A DNA stretch of 64,000 nucleotides from Octopus sinensis (lineage: Eukaryota). The notes beneath the pieces are model-generated. The model was not told where the DNA came from. It was given only the letters and a program-made list of their open reading frames with translations, and did not search any database. This document shows, piece by piece, positions 61,540 to 64,000 of this stretch. The translations under genes were made by a program, and so were the position numbers. Where the stretch lies: positions 90,768,001-90,832,000 of the forward strand of contig NC_043005.1 of NCBI RefSeq assembly GCF_006345805.1, written 5' to 3'. Position 1 is the first letter of the stretch, and every line of letters starts with the position of its first letter.

Positions 61540-63000
61540 CTAATGCATTTAGAAATAAAGTAACAAGAGGAGATGTTGTAGAGCAAGGAAACATCTAGCC
61601 CAAATGGCATCCAGGGGATCTGGCTGAAGAATTTGCTTCAGAAAAAATAAAACGTTTTGACAAGCGTCTTACTACTGGGAAAATATCTACCTTGATGGTT
61701 GAAGAAAGAATACCCCTCATTATGGAAAATAAGAAGAAAGGAATTGTCGCACAGAATTATCTTCCGGTAACGTGTTTAAAACTGCTTTGAAACCTCTGAA
61801 CACGGAAAGAGTTGTACGAAGGAGGGTAACTGACAAGCAATTTTACATAATTGCAATCTGAGTATGGCATGAGTAGACTTTTTTAAAAGCCCACCTATTG
61901 CTATTGAAGTGTTTGTTAACGCATGGCATTGCTGAAAATGTTATCAACCTCATGGCTACTAACATGTCACATTGGAAGACAAACCTATATCATGGTAATA
62001 AAAGGCAGCGAGCCGTATTTCGTCTGCCGTTACGTTCTGAGTTCAAATTCCGCCGAGGTCGACTTTGCTTTTCATCCTTTCGGGGTCGATAAATTAAGTA
62101 CCAGTAAAGCACTGGGGTCGATGTAATCGACTTAATCCGTTTGTCTGTCCTTGTTTGTTCCTTCTGTGTTTAGCCCCTTGTGGGTAGTAAAGAAATAGGT
62201 ATTTTGTCTGCCGTTACTTTCTGAGTTCAAATTCCGCCGAGGTAGACTTTGCCTTTCAGCCTTTCGGGATCGATAAATTAAGTACCATTTACGCACTGGG
62301 GTTGATGTAATCGACTTAATCCGTTCGTCTGTCCTTGTTTGTCTCCTCTATGTTCAGCCCCTTGTGGGCAATAAAGAAACAAAAATTCTGTGATCTGTCC
62401 GTATTAAACGAAGCATTTTCCAATGTTCTTTTTCAGTCTTTTTTTTTTTTTTTGCCATTGATACAATTGTTATTGATATACTAGAAATAAGAACTGAATA
62501 CAGACTTGGGAGAAAAAAGCTTCAGAGAGCAACTATCTTTTAATGGCCGACAATCTGTTCATTAAATCAGAAATTCAAGTTAATACACTTGTAAAATCTA
62601 TGTGGTAGTTACCATGATATTGGGATAGAATTTGGCGTGCGAAAATGTACTGTAGTTAATTTCAAAAAGAAGTAGGAGTGAGACATACAGCGATATTCAG
62701 CTGTTATCTGAAGAAAGTTGTTTTGAAGGTAATTGTTATAAATATCTATTCGTTTGTTGAAATGACAAGAACCATTTAGTCATCCTCAAGGATGACTGAT
62801 GACATGACTTTCTTTAAAGTGAAGAAGGGTTGCACACATCAACCTCACTCTCTTGTCTGTGATCGTCTTCAGTCCAATAACAAGACCAAATCAAGACAAC
62901 TAGGATGGAAACGGATGCAGTGGATGACCAAAATGTTTTATTTGCCTCATGTTGATCTGAATTCTGTTGTATACTGTATGTCGTCTGAAGTATATAGAGA
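61540..63000 (+). mobile_element. R4/Dong-like RT remnant interrupted by a SINE dimer
   Basis: SPNGIQGIWLK, QNYLPVTCLKLL, LLKCLLTHGIAENVINLMATNMSHWKT, YLLMADNL...DIGIEFGVRKC. Confidence 0.75.
62005..62382 (+). mobile_element. SINE family A dimer, 5'-deleted
   Basis: Same dimer junction; interrupts the Dong-like RT remnant. Confidence 0.9.
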
Positions 63001-63222
63001 TAACGTATAAACTATACACTGATACTTCAGACTGGCTGATTCGATTTCATTTTAGAAGTGACATTGACAAGCTGCAACAACGGCGAAATACATATCTGTC
63101 ACCTAGCTCTAAATTATATTGCGTTCTTTAACACAATACGTCTACAGAGATTTTTCCCAGTGAAAAACCGCAGCTTCTAGCCTTTCAATGACACACCAAG
63201 ATTAATCGTATTATATTGACGA

Positions 63223-63283
<61 letters not shown>

Positions 63284-64000
63284 TGTGTGTGTGTGTTTTG
63301 TGCGTGTGTATTGTGTGTGAGTGTGTGCACGCGTTTGTACGTATATTTATGTATGGATGTATAACAAAACTAATGTATAAACAGACAGTCAAGGTACCGA
63401 GGCAGTTTATAACATATTTATAATTATATAGCATATTGAAGAGAAATGCAAAGATAAATAAAAGAAATAAGTATATTGCAGAAAGTTAGGAATTATCTGG
63501 AATGTGAACAGTTCCAATAGTTCAGATGTAAACAGGTACACTTCAGGATAAAGTAGAAAAGAAATCCATAGTGTTGATGAGACATAGTTTGTTACGTAGA
63601 TCAATGGCACCACAAGTAAAACCTTGGCATTAATAGAAATAAGGTGTACAAATTATCCTTTACAGCTGTTTCTAGAATGGTTGTGAAATTGATGCAGATC
63701 TCTGTATGTTGACTGCATCGCATACAGCAGCTCGATCGATACATTGCCTGTAGCCAATCTTCATTTGGACAGGCATCACATCTCTGCAATTTAAAGCTGG
63801 AGTTTAGGTGCACATTTTGATAGGAGCACTCTATGTACCTATTACCTTATGTCGTTTGACATCTTATTACCCACTACTCACACACGTGACATCACTGATA
63901 TGTTAAATGTCATATACTACAAATTCCATCCTCAACTAAAACTTCTAATCACACCCTGACACCTGATCCATTTCCTACCCATCCTCTCCTCTCAATTTAT

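Larger units (their letters stand above)
1108..63330. repeat. Scattered microsatellites: (TG)n, (CT)n, (TA)n, (TATG)n, (AAT)n, (GAT)n
   Basis: Examples: (TG)n 1108-1166, 5078-5142, 6132-6186, 59658-59701, 63227-63275; (CT)n 9704-9788; (AAT)n 13930-13975; (TA)n 50337-50510 and 51211-51254; (CATA)n 59128-59198. Confidence 0.98.

Noticed and set aside
1029-63434. The many ORFs with HTHT, CVCV, ERER or YIYI runs
   Set aside because: Translations of microsatellites and SINE bodies, not genes.
63601-63813. Cys-rich 70-aa minus-strand ORF
   Set aside because: Cys spacing matches no domain I recognise; no splice support; plus-strand frames are closed.

Overview
AT-rich, intron-containing animal genomic DNA, most likely an octopus (inferred from the tRNA-derived SINE families, (GAT)n-tailed RTE-type repeats and microsatellite density). 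Most ORFs in the supplied track are artefacts of microsatellites, SINEs or antisense reading. Two spliced protein-coding genes can be built from canonical GT-AG, phase-consistent exons, both on the + strand. (1) A 6-coding-exon gene (31576-48330, 347 aa) encodes an atypical glucosidase II beta (PRKCSH)-like protein: N-terminal hydrophobic anchor, two LDLa-like Cys/acidic repeats, a short helix and a C-terminal MRH mannose-binding domain, with no EF-hand/acidic region and no HDEL. (2) A two-exon (possibly 5'-incomplete) gene (2528-7488, about 114 aa) encodes a basic, Tyr-rich protein I do not recognise. The rest is a dense transposon record: a full-length mariner with two frameshifts, a Chapaev3-like remnant, three non-autonomous Helitrons, MITEs (8-bp TSD, TA, TTAA), R4/Dong-, L1/Tx1-, RTE-, Hero- and Penelope-like fragments, many SINEs, an LTR-like unit, and several hammerhead-ribozyme motifs in Penelope-type termini. 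The most interesting items are the membrane-anchored PRKCSH paralog, a tRNA-headed element with a hammerhead-bearing Penelope-type tail, a near-intact hammerhead with an 84-nt stem II, a 155-bp near-perfect palindrome, and CpG decay confined to the PRKCSH-like gene body. Coordinates were counted by hand; repeat boundaries are approximate unless a TSD or TIR is quoted.
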